Position numbers and translations under genes: made by a program. Shown in pieces: positions 36,350 through 45,936 of a stretch of DNA of 64,000 bases (positions are counted from its first letter, which is position 1; each line of letters begins with the position of its first letter). A model generated the notes under the pieces. The model saw only the letters and a list, made by a program, of their open reading frames with translations, did no database searches and was not told where the DNA came from. The stretch lies in NCBI GenBank assembly GCA_048882485.1, contig JBHLRP010000012.1:1-64000 (forward strand). Direction: 5' to 3'. The DNA is from Candidatus Thorarchaeota archaeon. GTDB lineage: Archaea > Asgardarchaeota > Thorarchaeia > Thorarchaeales > Thorarchaeaceae.

Positions 36350-36476
36350 GAATTCACCTAAAGAACCCGTTAGCTACTGAGTCAAATAAGAGGCTTAGGG
36401 TGCATTTCTTCAACCATTGCGTTGGTGGGGCTCCTTATCTTTGCATAATTGTCTGTGAGAAGTTTGATTGCTGCTT

Positions 36477-37475
36477 CTATCTCATGTTCTCCTCATGGTA
36501 CACATTGGGCCTGTAAGTCCTAGGCCATTCGGGTGCATTATCTAGGATTGCTTCTATCTCATCAAGCGTTGTGTTGGAGAGGGTGACATCAGATGCCTTT
36601 GTATTCTCAGCAATCTGTCCTAGTTTTGTCGCACCCACCAACACCGCAGAGATTTCCTTTCGTCTGAGTATCCAAGCTAGTGCCAGCTGAGTCATTGAGA
36701 TGTCCATCGACTCCGCGATTGCGGTCATCTTGATGATCTTCTGTTGAACTTCTTTAGTCAAATACTTGAGAAAACCATCCATCTGCTTTCCGCGGCTATC
36801 ATCCGGGATTCCGTCATTGTATTTACCAGTGAGAATTCCCTGATACAACGGGCTGAAAACTGTGAATCCCATGCCATGACTCTTCGCTACTGGCATAATC
36901 TCGAGCTCGATATGTCTAAAGAGCATGTTGTACAACGGCTGTTCCACAATTGGTCGCTGAAGCCCATGTTCCTTTGCAATGGCGTTGGCACGCTCCAATT
37001 GAGCTGCTGTCCATGCTGATGTCCCCCAATATCGGACCTTCCCTGCGTGAATAAGATCATCCATAGTTTCTATAGTTTCTCTGATTGGAGTTGTTGTATC
37101 AAACCTGTGTAGGAAGTAGATGTCTAGGTGGTCTGTGCCCAGACGCTCTAGCGTTCCATCGATAGCATTCATGATGTTTTTACGACTGTTCCCCCAGTCG
37201 GTGACCATATCACTGGTTGGCCAGAAGACCTTGCTCGAAATCACCAAGTTCCTTCTGTCAATGTTCTCTTCAACCAACCACTCTCCAATCACTGATTCTG
37301 CTTTCCCATCTGCATACGCCTCAGCTGTATCAATGAAGTTGATTCCGTGTTCAAGAGCTGTATCCATGCAGTCCTTGGCGATTTGCTTCTCCACACTTCC
37401 ACCATAAGTCAGCCATGAGCCAAGAGACACCTCACTAATCTTCAGGCCACTCTTGCCTACCCTTCGGTAATTCAA
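36477..37475 (-). CDS. Aldo/keto reductase (Kv-beta-like)
   Basis: SLGSWLT, FIDTAEAY, ISSKVF, HRFD, SPL.QG.LTGKY. Confidence 0.93.
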   Translation of the reverse strand: MNYRRVGKSGLKISEVSLGSWLTYGGSVEKQIAKDCMDTALEHGINFIDTAEAYADGKAESVIGEWLVEENIDRRNLVISSKVFWPTSDMVTDWGNSRKNIMNAIDGTLERLGTDHLDIYFLHRFDTTTPIRETIETMDDLIHAGKVRYWGTSAWTAAQLERANAIAKEHGLQRPIVEQPLYNMLFRHIELEIMPVAKSHGMGFTVFSPLYQGILTGKYNDGIPDDSRGKQMDGFLKYLTKEVQQKIIKMTAIAESMDISMTQLALAWILRRKEISAVLVGATKLGQIAENTKASDVTLSNTTLDEIEAILDNAPEWPRTYRPNVYHEENMR

Positions 37476-37536
37476 ATTATCCTCTCCAGGTCTATCGATA
37501 TTACTTAACTATCTTAAAGTTATTGATGAGGGAAGT

Positions 37537-37935
37537 CTATTCCACTATCGAGGACTCTCTTGGCGGCTCCCACAGCTCCATCCGATTGCCCTCGGGGTCA
37601 ATAAACCATCCAAATCTGCCCTCATTGTGTTCCTCTATGTGGTCGTCTACTTTTGCTCCCTTATCTCTCAGCTTGCTTAGTATTGCATCTAGGTCATCAA
37701 CCACGAAGTTGATCATGAAATGCTGGTCCTCTGACCCAAAGTATTTCGTATCCTCTTGAAATGGTCCCCATAGTGTATACGCATTTGGATTCAACTCCGC
37801 TTGCTTGGGCCATCTGAAGTAGATATACCCCTCTTTGTCGGGCTTAAATCCAAGATGCTCTTCATACCATGCTTGGAGCTTCTTGGGGTTCTTTGCCCTA
37901 AAGAATGCGCCACCAATACCTATCGCCTTGCCCAA
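37537..37935 (-). CDS. VOC/glyoxalase family protein
   Basis: GIGGAFF..WYEEHLG, INFVVDDLD, DPEGNRMELW. Confidence 0.9.
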   Translation of the reverse strand: MGKAIGIGGAFFRAKNPKKLQAWYEEHLGFKPDKEGYIYFRWPKQAELNPNAYTLWGPFQEDTKYFGSEDQHFMINFVVDDLDAILSKLRDKGAKVDDHIEEHNEGRFGWFIDPEGNRMELWEPPRESSIVE

Positions 37936-38008
37936 AGAAAATCACCGAGTGGTTATGGTGCACTCGCCTTATATGTCGGGTGAACTTTGCAAAGTTGAGG
38001 TGGCCCAG

Positions 38009-38185
38009 ATGACTGATTCAAAAAAGGTATTCAAAGCGTTCAAAGAAGCTGATAAGCCACTCAGAGCTGGCGATGTTGCTGAAATCACTGGAATTGACAA
38101 GCCGGAGGTTTCTAAGATTATCAAGTCGCTACAAAAAGAAGGAAAGTTGATCTCGCCAAAACGGTGCTACTATGCGCCCTCCTGA
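38009..38185 (+). CDS. Small winged-helix protein
   Basis: PLRAGDVAEITGIDKPEVSKIIKSL.KEG..SPKRCYY; GAGGTG SD upstream. Confidence 0.85.
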   Translation: MTDSKKVFKAFKEADKPLRAGDVAEITGIDKPEVSKIIKSLQKEGKLISPKRCYYAPS

Positions 38186-38196
38186 GAGTGATTAGG

Positions 38197-38406
38197 GTGA
38201 CATGTTACTTCAGGCACATGAGTCCCATCTTTGAGAAGATTGGCATCGAAGTCACCAAGGAAAACAAGCGCGAGATCGATAAGGTAATTCATGACATGGT
38301 GGGTGTCGATTATAAGAACTGCTCCGCATCCTGGAAAGAAGTCAAGAAGCGACTTGCAGAAGACGAAGAGGGATTCATGAATGACCTGCAAGGCAGGCTT
38401 TCCTGA
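38197..38406 (+). CDS. Small conserved hypothetical protein (TCYF..VDYKNC..WK family)
   Basis: Clear paralog at 54333-54557. Confidence 0.8.
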   Translation: MTCYFRHMSPIFEKIGIEVTKENKREIDKVIHDMVGVDYKNCSASWKEVKKRLAEDEEGFMNDLQGRLS

Positions 38407-38483
38407 ATATTCAAAGCCGCCCAAAAACCTAAGAATCACTTTCATGAATGCCTAGATGGGCTTTAGTCATGAGGGTGCTTTGA

Positions 38484-39983
38484 ATGACTGATGAGAATCG
38501 AAACTCTACTTTTTGGCTTAAGAAGGGTGAATCCTTTGTTCGTGACTCCGATTACAAATCTGCTGAAGACGCGTTTCGCAAAGCTGTCGAACTTGATCCA
38601 AATTCCACTTCTGGTTGGCATCATCTATCAGGTCTTCTCATTGAACGTGGAGATTTAGAAGAGGCAGAGAGCGCATCAAGGAACGCCATCAGTGCTAGTC
38701 CTGACTATATCGAAGCATGGTGCAGACTGAGTGAGCTTCTCCAAGAAAAAGAGGACATTGAGGGTTCAGAGAATATCATCAGAAAAGCCCTCACACTTGA
38801 TCCCGAAAACGTGAATGCATGGATACAGCTTGCAATAATCCATCAGCAGAAAGGAAGTCTGGCAGACAGCAAGTTAGCCCTACAGGAGGCAATCAAGCTA
38901 GGGTCGGAATCACATGAAACATGGCTTAGGATTGGCAAAGCCCTTGTAGACATGGAGCGGTTTGATGAAGCGGAAGAGTCGATGAAAAAGGCCATCGAAC
39001 GAAATCGAGAGAGTGCTGAAGCTTGGTCGGAATATGGCCGTCTGTTGGCGAAAACGGACCGTTTTGAAAATGCTCTTGACGCACTAAGACAATCGATTTC
39101 CCTTGACAGTCAAAATGGCAGAACATGGTATAGATTAGGTTCAGTATTGCTTAGTCTTGGTCGTACCAAGGAATCAGAGAATGCTTTTCGCGAAGCCACA
39201 AACAAGGCTCCCAAGAATCCAGAGTCTTGGTGCAACCTAGGTGCGGCTCTGATAAGGATGGACAAGCTTGAGGAGGGTGAAACATCATTGAGGCAAGCTC
39301 TGGAATTGCGGCCTGATTACTCATTGGCATGGAGCAACCTTGCTGCCCTCCTGCGAATGGAAGGCAAATTGGATGATGCAGAAGTTGCTTTGCGAAAGAC
39401 ACTCGAAATTGATCCTTCCATGACTAAAAGCTGGGTGGCTCTTGGGGAAGTATTGCGGGACCTCGGCAAGACAGAAGAAGCCACGAAAGTTGTGCATAAA
39501 GCTGCAGAGCTTCAAGAAACTAGTGCCGTCATGTGGATGGAGCTTGGGATGCTATTGAGAGAACTCGGGACATTGGAGGAGTCCGCGGAAGCATACCAAA
39601 AGGCAACTATGTACGATCCAACACTCATGGATGCTTGGCGAAATCTTGCTGCCGTCATGAAGGAATTGGGTCAGACAAAGGAAGCCCATGAAGCTGCCCA
39701 GACAGTTGTTCGTCTTGAACCCCATGATGCGGGTGGCTGGGCCGAGTTGGGCCATGTCCTGACCGAGATGGGAGCACCTAGGGAGGCTGAAAAGGCATTT
39801 CGAACATCTATAAAGCAAAGAGAAGACAACTCCGACTCTTGGTATGGTCTTGGAAAGTCCTTGGTTCTATTAGACCAACGCGAGGATGCAGAGTATGCCT
39901 TTCTAACAGCTCTTCGTTATGACAAGGAGAACGAGAAAGCGAGGTCTGAACTAAAGACCTTACTTGAGAATCAAGGGCGATGA
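38484..39983 (+). CDS. TPR-repeat protein (~14 repeats)
   Basis: 34-aa repeats AW..LG..L...G...EA...F..A..L.P. Confidence 0.92.
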   Translation: MTDENRNSTFWLKKGESFVRDSDYKSAEDAFRKAVELDPNSTSGWHHLSGLLIERGDLEEAESASRNAISASPDYIEAWCRLSELLQEKEDIEGSENIIRKALTLDPENVNAWIQLAIIHQQKGSLADSKLALQEAIKLGSESHETWLRIGKALVDMERFDEAEESMKKAIERNRESAEAWSEYGRLLAKTDRFENALDALRQSISLDSQNGRTWYRLGSVLLSLGRTKESENAFREATNKAPKNPESWCNLGAALIRMDKLEEGETSLRQALELRPDYSLAWSNLAALLRMEGKLDDAEVALRKTLEIDPSMTKSWVALGEVLRDLGKTEEATKVVHKAAELQETSAVMWMELGMLLRELGTLEESAEAYQKATMYDPTLMDAWRNLAAVMKELGQTKEAHEAAQTVVRLEPHDAGGWAELGHVLTEMGAPREAEKAFRTSIKQREDNSDSWYGLGKSLVLLDQREDAEYAFLTALRYDKENEKARSELKTLLENQGR

Positions 39984-40022
39984 ATCCGGTACAGTGATAT
40001 CCCGCTTCGCAAATCTTGCCTC

Positions 40023-41039
40023 GTGCTTAATATGACAGATGCAACACCAGTCTTCTTTGACGAGGATGCTGATATCTCACTCCTGGATGGCGTCATAGCA
40101 ATCATAGGATACGGAAACCAAGGGAGGGCTCAGGCACAAAACCTCAGGGACTCGGGCATGGAAGTAGTTGTGGGCAATATCCGTGATGACTACTGGGAGA
40201 CCGCAATATCAGATGGGTTCGAAGTCTTTGAGATCCAGGAAGCAGTCAAACGAGCACGTTTCATCATGCTTCTCATTCCAGATGAAGCACAACCAAGTAT
40301 CTTCGAGGCTGAGATTCTTCCTGAAATGACTCCCGACAAGATTCTATGTTTTGCTTCGGGCTATAATGTCACCTTTGAACGAATCACACTGCCTACTGAG
40401 AATGATGTCATTCTGGTTGCGCCACGCATGATTGGAGCTGGAGTTAGGAACGCCTTTGAGAATGACAAGGGTTTCTATGTCTTCATTAGCGTTCATAGGG
40501 ACATTTCCGGAAAAGCACGGCAGTACGCCCTAGCCCTCTCTAAAGCTATTGGTGCTACAAAGCCAGGTGGGGCTATTCTCGAAGTCAGCTTTAAGCAGGA
40601 AACCGAGCTTGACCTATTCAATGAGCAATGCTTTGGTCCTGCTTTTGGGCAAGTCCTTACGACTGCAGTGGATGTTGCAGTTGAAGCTGGATATCCTCCT
40701 GAGGCTGTGCTCGTAGAGCTTTACATGTCTGGCGAACTGGCATATACAATGGAAAAGATAGCTAAGATGGGCACTCTGAAGCAGCTGGAACTTCACTCTC
40801 CAACGAGTCAGTATGGGAGTATGTCTAGAGGAATCCGCTACGCTAATCCCGAACTGCGTGAACAGATGCAGAAGTCACTTGGAGAGATACAAGACGGGTC
40901 CTTCGCTGAAGAATTTGCTAAAGAATATGAGTTCGACCTAGAGATTCTAGACGATATGAAAGAAATGGCACAGGACGTACCTATTGTAGTTCTGGACAAA
41001 GAGGTCAGAGAGCGACTTCGGTTCAGAAGCGACAAATGA
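40023..41039 (+). CDS. ilvC: Ketol-acid reductoisomerase-like
   Basis: IIGYGNQGRAQAQNLRDSG, LIPDE, VAPR, ETELDLFNEQ, HSPTSQYG. Confidence 0.85.
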   Translation: MLNMTDATPVFFDEDADISLLDGVIAIIGYGNQGRAQAQNLRDSGMEVVVGNIRDDYWETAISDGFEVFEIQEAVKRARFIMLLIPDEAQPSIFEAEILPEMTPDKILCFASGYNVTFERITLPTENDVILVAPRMIGAGVRNAFENDKGFYVFISVHRDISGKARQYALALSKAIGATKPGGAILEVSFKQETELDLFNEQCFGPAFGQVLTTAVDVAVEAGYPPEAVLVELYMSGELAYTMEKIAKMGTLKQLELHSPTSQYGSMSRGIRYANPELREQMQKSLGEIQDGSFAEEFAKEYEFDLEILDDMKEMAQDVPIVVLDKEVRERLRFRSDK

Positions 41040-41111
41040 AGACATAGTGATAGTTCTCTGCGTTTTGGTAAGACTTGATAGGCATGATACTCTATCAAAG
41101 CTACTTACATT

Positions 41112-41807
41112 GTGGTGAATGCCATGGTGGACGAAATCAAAATACTGAGGTCTGGAACGACATTACGTGATCCTGAGGCTTGGCAATACCAGTACGAGAA
41201 TGAGGCGCATCGCAATTGGGAGCAGTTGCTTGGAACTTTCAGTCTTGCTACAGTGACGTTGGTTAAGACTGATGGATTAAACATCCTAATCGACACTGGA
41301 TGGGAACCAACGGAAACAGAAGCAAATCGTCTCATCCTAGAACTGAAATATTACGAGCTCAGGCCCAAAGACATCAATGAGATATTCATCACTCACTGGC
41401 ACGGAGACCACTTTCTCAACATTCCCCTGTTCCCTCAAGCGCGGGTCGTTTACGCCGGATGTTCACCTCAGGATATCGCAGACAGAATGGCCACTATGTC
41501 TGCAGATAACGAAACCATGCGACTCAAAGAGGGGGACGACTGGCATTCTGGGCTATCCATCATTGATACAGCAGGTCATTCTGATCACGATCACTCGGTT
41601 CTAATCAATCACAAGAAGAGAGTGTTTGTTGCAGCAGGGGACTCAATCGTTTCCAAGATGTATTATCACACTGGAACGTTCTTCCCAAATCAACGAATGG
41701 AGAAGCATATCATTGAGCTAAAGGCCTCTTTTCAAAGAATAATCGACATAGCTGATTTCATCATTCCCGGACACGATGGGCCATTCTACAACTACAAGAA
41801 GGGATAG
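41112..41807 (+). CDS. Metallo-beta-lactamase fold hydrolase
   Basis: THWHGDH, GHSDHD, AGD, PGHD. Confidence 0.9.
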   Translation: MVNAMVDEIKILRSGTTLRDPEAWQYQYENEAHRNWEQLLGTFSLATVTLVKTDGLNILIDTGWEPTETEANRLILELKYYELRPKDINEIFITHWHGDHFLNIPLFPQARVVYAGCSPQDIADRMATMSADNETMRLKEGDDWHSGLSIIDTAGHSDHDHSVLINHKKRVFVAAGDSIVSKMYYHTGTFFPNQRMEKHIIELKASFQRIIDIADFIIPGHDGPFYNYKKG

Positions 41808-41816
41808 GCGCAGAAA

Positions 41817-42647
41817 CTACGGATACTTTCTGTTTGTGTGAAGCCAGTCGACTGCAAAATCTACTATCGCCCTCATCGAGAGAAGTCGACTCTCTGCTTG
41901 GCCAATCTTGTTTGGCTGATATCCAATTGACTCTTCAAAAGCCTGGCCAATCTGCTTGAAATCTTCAAAGTAGTATTGGATTTCCGTCCAAGCTCTCCAT
42001 TCACGTCTTCCATCTTCGATCAATGCAGCTCCTTGAAGCTCTGTAGGATGATTGGGCAGTGCAGCCTTGAATTCAGCGAGGTGGAGCGCAGTGTTCGAAT
42101 CATAATCTGCACCGATGAGTAAGATCTTTGCATGAAGGTCATACAACTTGCCCCAAGGAGTATCTTCTCCGAATGTTGTGTCCAGTCTATGAGTCTTCAC
42201 GACTTCCTCAGCATGCTTCCCCCATGCCGCAACGGATGCCTGAGGATGCATGCTACGAAAGACCCCAGGGAATCCGCGAAACACCTCTGGTACTATTCCT
42301 ACTGTATCAGCGGGTGTGATTGATGATTGATATGCTGGCATCTCATTGCGAATGATTGGCCACCATTCTTCAGGTACTGGTGGAGCCACCCAATGAGAAG
42401 GTTCACTATTCCCAGACGAGTGCGTTGGCATGGCGATGGTGCCTTCATCTGTGACCACTTCCATCAGAGCGTTGATGACTGTCACTGGCCCTCCAACTAC
42501 CCACCCCATCCTGCTCAGGGAGCTATGAACGACAACCGCATCTCCTGAGTTAAGGCCCATTCGAGTCAAATCTTGGGCAATATGATCCTTTGTGATGGGT
42601 CTTGGTGTTTCATCAACCACAATTTTCTGTTTCTCCCTTCGTGCCAT
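41817..42647 (-). CDS. AAC(3)/YokD family N-acetyltransferase
   Basis: VVHSSLS..GWVVGG, MPTH, RSMHP..S.AAWG, NTALHLAE. Confidence 0.9.
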   Translation of the reverse strand: MARREKQKIVVDETPRPITKDHIAQDLTRMGLNSGDAVVVHSSLSRMGWVVGGPVTVINALMEVVTDEGTIAMPTHSSGNSEPSHWVAPPVPEEWWPIIRNEMPAYQSSITPADTVGIVPEVFRGFPGVFRSMHPQASVAAWGKHAEEVVKTHRLDTTFGEDTPWGKLYDLHAKILLIGADYDSNTALHLAEFKAALPNHPTELQGAALIEDGRREWRAWTEIQYYFEDFKQIGQAFEESIGYQPNKIGQAESRLLSMRAIVDFAVDWLHTNRKYP

Positions 42648-42704
42648 CTCTTCACCAATTGCGGTGAATCAATGGTTTCCTATAAGTTTCATCGAAACCG
42701 GAGC

Positions 42705-43115
42705 TTAATCCGAGGAATCTGCCTTCTTAAAGTCCAACGATAGTGAGTTTATACAATATCTAAGTCCTGTTGGATTGGGACCATCATCGAATACATGTCC
42801 TAAATGGCCTCCGCAATTCTTACAGACCACCTCAGTCCTCCTCATTCCATAGCTATTGTCTGGCTTGAGGTCCACACTCTCCCCAGAGAGTTTCTCCCAA
42901 AAGCTGGGCCATCCACTCCTTGATTCAAACTTTGTGTCTGATGAGAATAGTTCGTTTCCGCATGCAGCGCAGACATAGACACCGTCTTCTTTGTGATACA
43001 CATATTTCCCACTGAACGGGGGTTCCGTTCCACACTGTCTGAGGACTTTGAACTGCTCGGGACTGAGAGTCAGTTTCCATTCTTCTTCTGATTTCTCTAC
43101 CATTTCTACCATCAT
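42705..43115 (-). CDS. msrB: Peptide methionine-R-sulfoxide reductase
   Basis: [33 protein letters not shown]. Confidence 0.97.
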   Translation of the reverse strand: MMVEMVEKSEEEWKLTLSPEQFKVLRQCGTEPPFSGKYVYHKEDGVYVCAACGNELFSSDTKFESRSGWPSFWEKLSGESVDLKPDNSYGMRRTEVVCKNCGGHLGHVFDDGPNPTGLRYCINSLSLDFKKADSSD

Positions 43116-43166
43116 AACGATTGTGAAAATTAGTAAAAAACCTCTTCGAAAGCGGACTTTATTCTG

Positions 43167-44114
43167 CTATTCAGGGACCCATGTGTACCCGATCTGTGTC
43201 CAGATTTCCTCGAAATTATAGCTATGATATAGCCTCATTGCTGGTTCATTTGACGTATCACAGTTTAGACTCATTGTTTCTCTCCCTTCTTGGAGAAGTC
43301 TGTCCCTCACGGCTGTCAACATCACCTTGGCATACCCCCTCCGCTTGAAGTCAGGATGGACTCCAAGTTCCCAAATGTGACCGTTATTTTCGCCATGCGT
43401 CTGTTTGACCAGGGCAAAGCCTACTACCTGTTCATTATTCATCAGAGCTATGGATGCTCGATCATCATAGTCATCCGTATCGAACATCTCTTCGAAGTGT
43501 GCTCGATTCTGTTCCTCTGTTCTTGCGAAGAAGCTCCGGTCCTGACCGCTCTGAAAAGAAGCATACCAGCAGGCATAGAGGTTCTTCATTGGCGCATCGT
43601 GAAGGGGGACAATATCTACCACAGAAGATGAAACTGGAATAGTTTCTAAGTCTGATAATGTTGCTCGAAGATGAGTCACCTCTTCAAAAAGTGTCATCCC
43701 CATCTCTTCATACATTCTAGGTAGAGAAGAGCCTTCTCTCATGAAATGAACATTCACTCTTGCAACGTTTACTGATTCAGCATATTCCTTGACCCTCTGA
43801 ATCATGTTTGAGCCCAATTTGGCAGAACTCATTTCTTGGTATACAAGAGGGTGTCCACCTAGAAACCACGGGTTCATCTCAATCGTGTCTTCATCATCAA
43901 AATGAATCACAATGAGACCGATGAGCTTCCCTTGTTGTGTTGCCAACAGCACAGAATCTTCTGAGTCTTCGAAGTTTCGCAGAAAGACCTGCTTTACACT
44001 TTCCACATCCACATCGTCAATCCACTCTCCCTTGGATGTCTTCACATCGAGTATTAGCTGGCTGATTTCATCTATGTCGATTCTATCGATGCCTGAAAAT
44101 TCGAACTCTAGCAT
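43167..44114 (-). CDS. Tandem GNAT acetyltransferase
   Basis: LGVHPDFKRRGYA, N.PA.RLY..NF. Confidence 0.85.
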   Translation of the reverse strand: MLEFEFSGIDRIDIDEISQLILDVKTSKGEWIDDVDVESVKQVFLRNFEDSEDSVLLATQQGKLIGLIVIHFDDEDTIEMNPWFLGGHPLVYQEMSSAKLGSNMIQRVKEYAESVNVARVNVHFMREGSSLPRMYEEMGMTLFEEVTHLRATLSDLETIPVSSSVVDIVPLHDAPMKNLYACWYASFQSGQDRSFFARTEEQNRAHFEEMFDTDDYDDRASIALMNNEQVVGFALVKQTHGENNGHIWELGVHPDFKRRGYAKVMLTAVRDRLLQEGRETMSLNCDTSNEPAMRLYHSYNFEEIWTQIGYTWVPE

Positions 44115-44166
44115 TTAAGCACCCTCGAACAAGGAAGTCGACCAAGCCACATAGAGTGCTAAATGC

Positions 44167-44421
44167 TTAGCGATACAATCTACGGAGTGGCCTTGGCAAT
44201 CTTCGACGCCTCCTTCTGTGACTTCTAGCAATCATTCGCATCCATCGTGCGCTTTCAGCGCTTGGAACCCAAGCCGGTGCCAGTGTAGCCTCGATTCCAA
44301 TGTCATTTGAACGAGGTTTTTCCCTATGTTTCTTCCGTCTTCTTTTGGATTTTCGCCCCCTTCCTCTCTCGAGCCCTCTTTTGCTTCTGCGCTTTTCTAC
44401 TTTGAGAATCAGTAACAGCAC
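44167..44421 (-). CDS. Small, extremely Arg/Lys-rich hypothetical protein
   Basis: Fills the intergenic gap; RGRKSKRRRKK and HRRRRRR runs. Confidence 0.5.
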   Translation of the reverse strand: MLLLILKVEKRRSKRGLERGRGRKSKRRRKKHREKPRSNDIGIEATLAPAWVPSAESARWMRMIARSHRRRRRRLPRPLRRLYR

Positions 44422-44482
44422 CTAGCAATATGCTTATTCTTTGTAAGTTGTTCCGATAATTGAATCCCCAGGTGAAACTGAC

Positions 44483-44944
44483 ATGTCAAAAGAAGCAATC
44501 CAGGACTACTGGCCGTACGAAGGCACACTCTGCTATGGGTGTGGGAAGAACAATGAACACGGCCTTCAACTGAAGAGCTACTGGGAAGATGAAGAAACTG
44601 TTGCAGTATGGGAGCCTAAAGCACATCACCTGGCTTTTCCCGGCATTCTCAATGGTGGCATCATAGCTACAATCATTGACTGTCATGGGACAGGGACTGC
44701 AAATGCCATGGCGCACAAGGCTGAAGGAAATGGTGAGAATCATTTCATGTATGTGACATCAGGACTGTCGGTTCGGTTTCTACGACCAACACCGATTGAC
44801 AGGCCTGTGACACTCAGAGCACGAGTTGCAAAGATAGATGGGCCAAAGATCACCGTTTCATGCTCGCTATATTCTGGGGAGGACAAGTGTGCAACTGGAG
44901 AGGTATACACTGTGCGTGTAAGTCAAGATACATTCCTTGGCTAA
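44483..44944 (+). CDS. PaaI/hotdog thioesterase
   Basis: CYGCG..N..GL, GILNGGII.T.IDC, F.RPTP. Confidence 0.88.
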   Translation: MSKEAIQDYWPYEGTLCYGCGKNNEHGLQLKSYWEDEETVAVWEPKAHHLAFPGILNGGIIATIIDCHGTGTANAMAHKAEGNGENHFMYVTSGLSVRFLRPTPIDRPVTLRARVAKIDGPKITVSCSLYSGEDKCATGEVYTVRVSQDTFLG

Positions 44945-45876
44945 ACGTACTCTGCAATACCACGAGTCAAGACGGGAATCCCTTTCGAATCCTTGGTTTC
45001 AAAGTGAACAACACGTCCCTCTGGTTCAGCTTCATATATTGCCGTGGTCAATTCCTGCCCCATGAAGACAGGTTTCGAGAAACGTACCTTCATGACCTTT
45101 AAACGAGATGGGTTTCCGTTCAGCAGTTCATCTACTATTGCCTGTGATGCAATGGCCATCGTGCAAAGTCCCTGAAGTATGGACTTTGGGAGACCTGCGA
45201 GTCTTGCAACCTCATCACTAGTGTGAATTGGATTGTGATCGCCAGAGGCTTCTGCATATCTTATGCCTTGGTCATATGTTACAAACACCTTCTGCTCAGC
45301 AATCTTCTTTCCTCTGTCATGAACCTCAACGGGTTTCGCTTTCTTAGGTTCGCTTTTCCTTTCTCCTCTAAGCATCAAGCGATATTGCATCTTTACCACA
45401 ATCTCGTCTTGGCGCTTGCAGAGAATCTCCAACTCAAGCATCTCATTCACTCCCAGCTTCTTCATTTCCACAATTCTAGCTGATGAATAGATCTCATCCC
45501 CGGGGCGAATGACGCTATTCCAGGTCATCTCTTGTTCAGCATGGACCACCCTCAAAATATCAAGACCCATTGCCTCTCCCTCTTCCACGAGCTGTTCAAG
45601 GAGAGGCGGAATGAATACGACTGAGTATATTGGTGGTGCAATCAATTCTGATTCGTTTTGTTCCTCCACGTATAGCGAATTCCTCTCATTAGTGGCAAGA
45701 GCATAATGACGGATACTGTCTGCATCGACACGCATAGGGCCGGCACTGTACATAGTCCCGATGTATTCTTGATTCAAACCGGAATTTTCTTCAGAAATTG
45801 GAACCAACTCCCAACAACAGCATTCATCTATATCTGCAGACTCATATAAGGGTCTGGCCGTCGCGACACTATACAC
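44941..45876 (-). CDS. Double-hotdog MaoC-like (R)-enoyl-CoA hydratase (probable start TTG 45807)
   Basis: VVHAEQ; YAEASGDHNPIH..A..AGL..ILQGLCT; RFSKPV. Confidence 0.88.
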   Translation of the reverse strand: MYSVATARPLYESADIDECCCWELVPISEENSGLNQEYIGTMYSAGPMRVDADSIRHYALATNERNSLYVEEQNESELIAPPIYSVVFIPPLLEQLVEEGEAMGLDILRVVHAEQEMTWNSVIRPGDEIYSSARIVEMKKLGVNEMLELEILCKRQDEIVVKMQYRLMLRGERKSEPKKAKPVEVHDRGKKIAEQKVFVTYDQGIRYAEASGDHNPIHTSDEVARLAGLPKSILQGLCTMAIASQAIVDELLNGNPSRLKVMKVRFSKPVFMGQELTTAIYEAEPEGRVVHFETKDSKGIPVLTRGIAEYV

Positions 45877-45936
45877 GACAAAGATAATTGAAGGGGTACT
45901 TCGAAATCGAGTATCCTTCTAGGATGGTAGAACTCT

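Noticed and set aside
41817-42647. Acquired aminoglycoside resistance gene
   Set aside because: YokD-like chromosomal homologs are widespread and there is no mobile context
21718-43115. Selenoprotein recoding (msrB, radical SAM)
   Set aside because: Both have Cys at the key positions and no in-frame TGA; no convincing SECIS was seen
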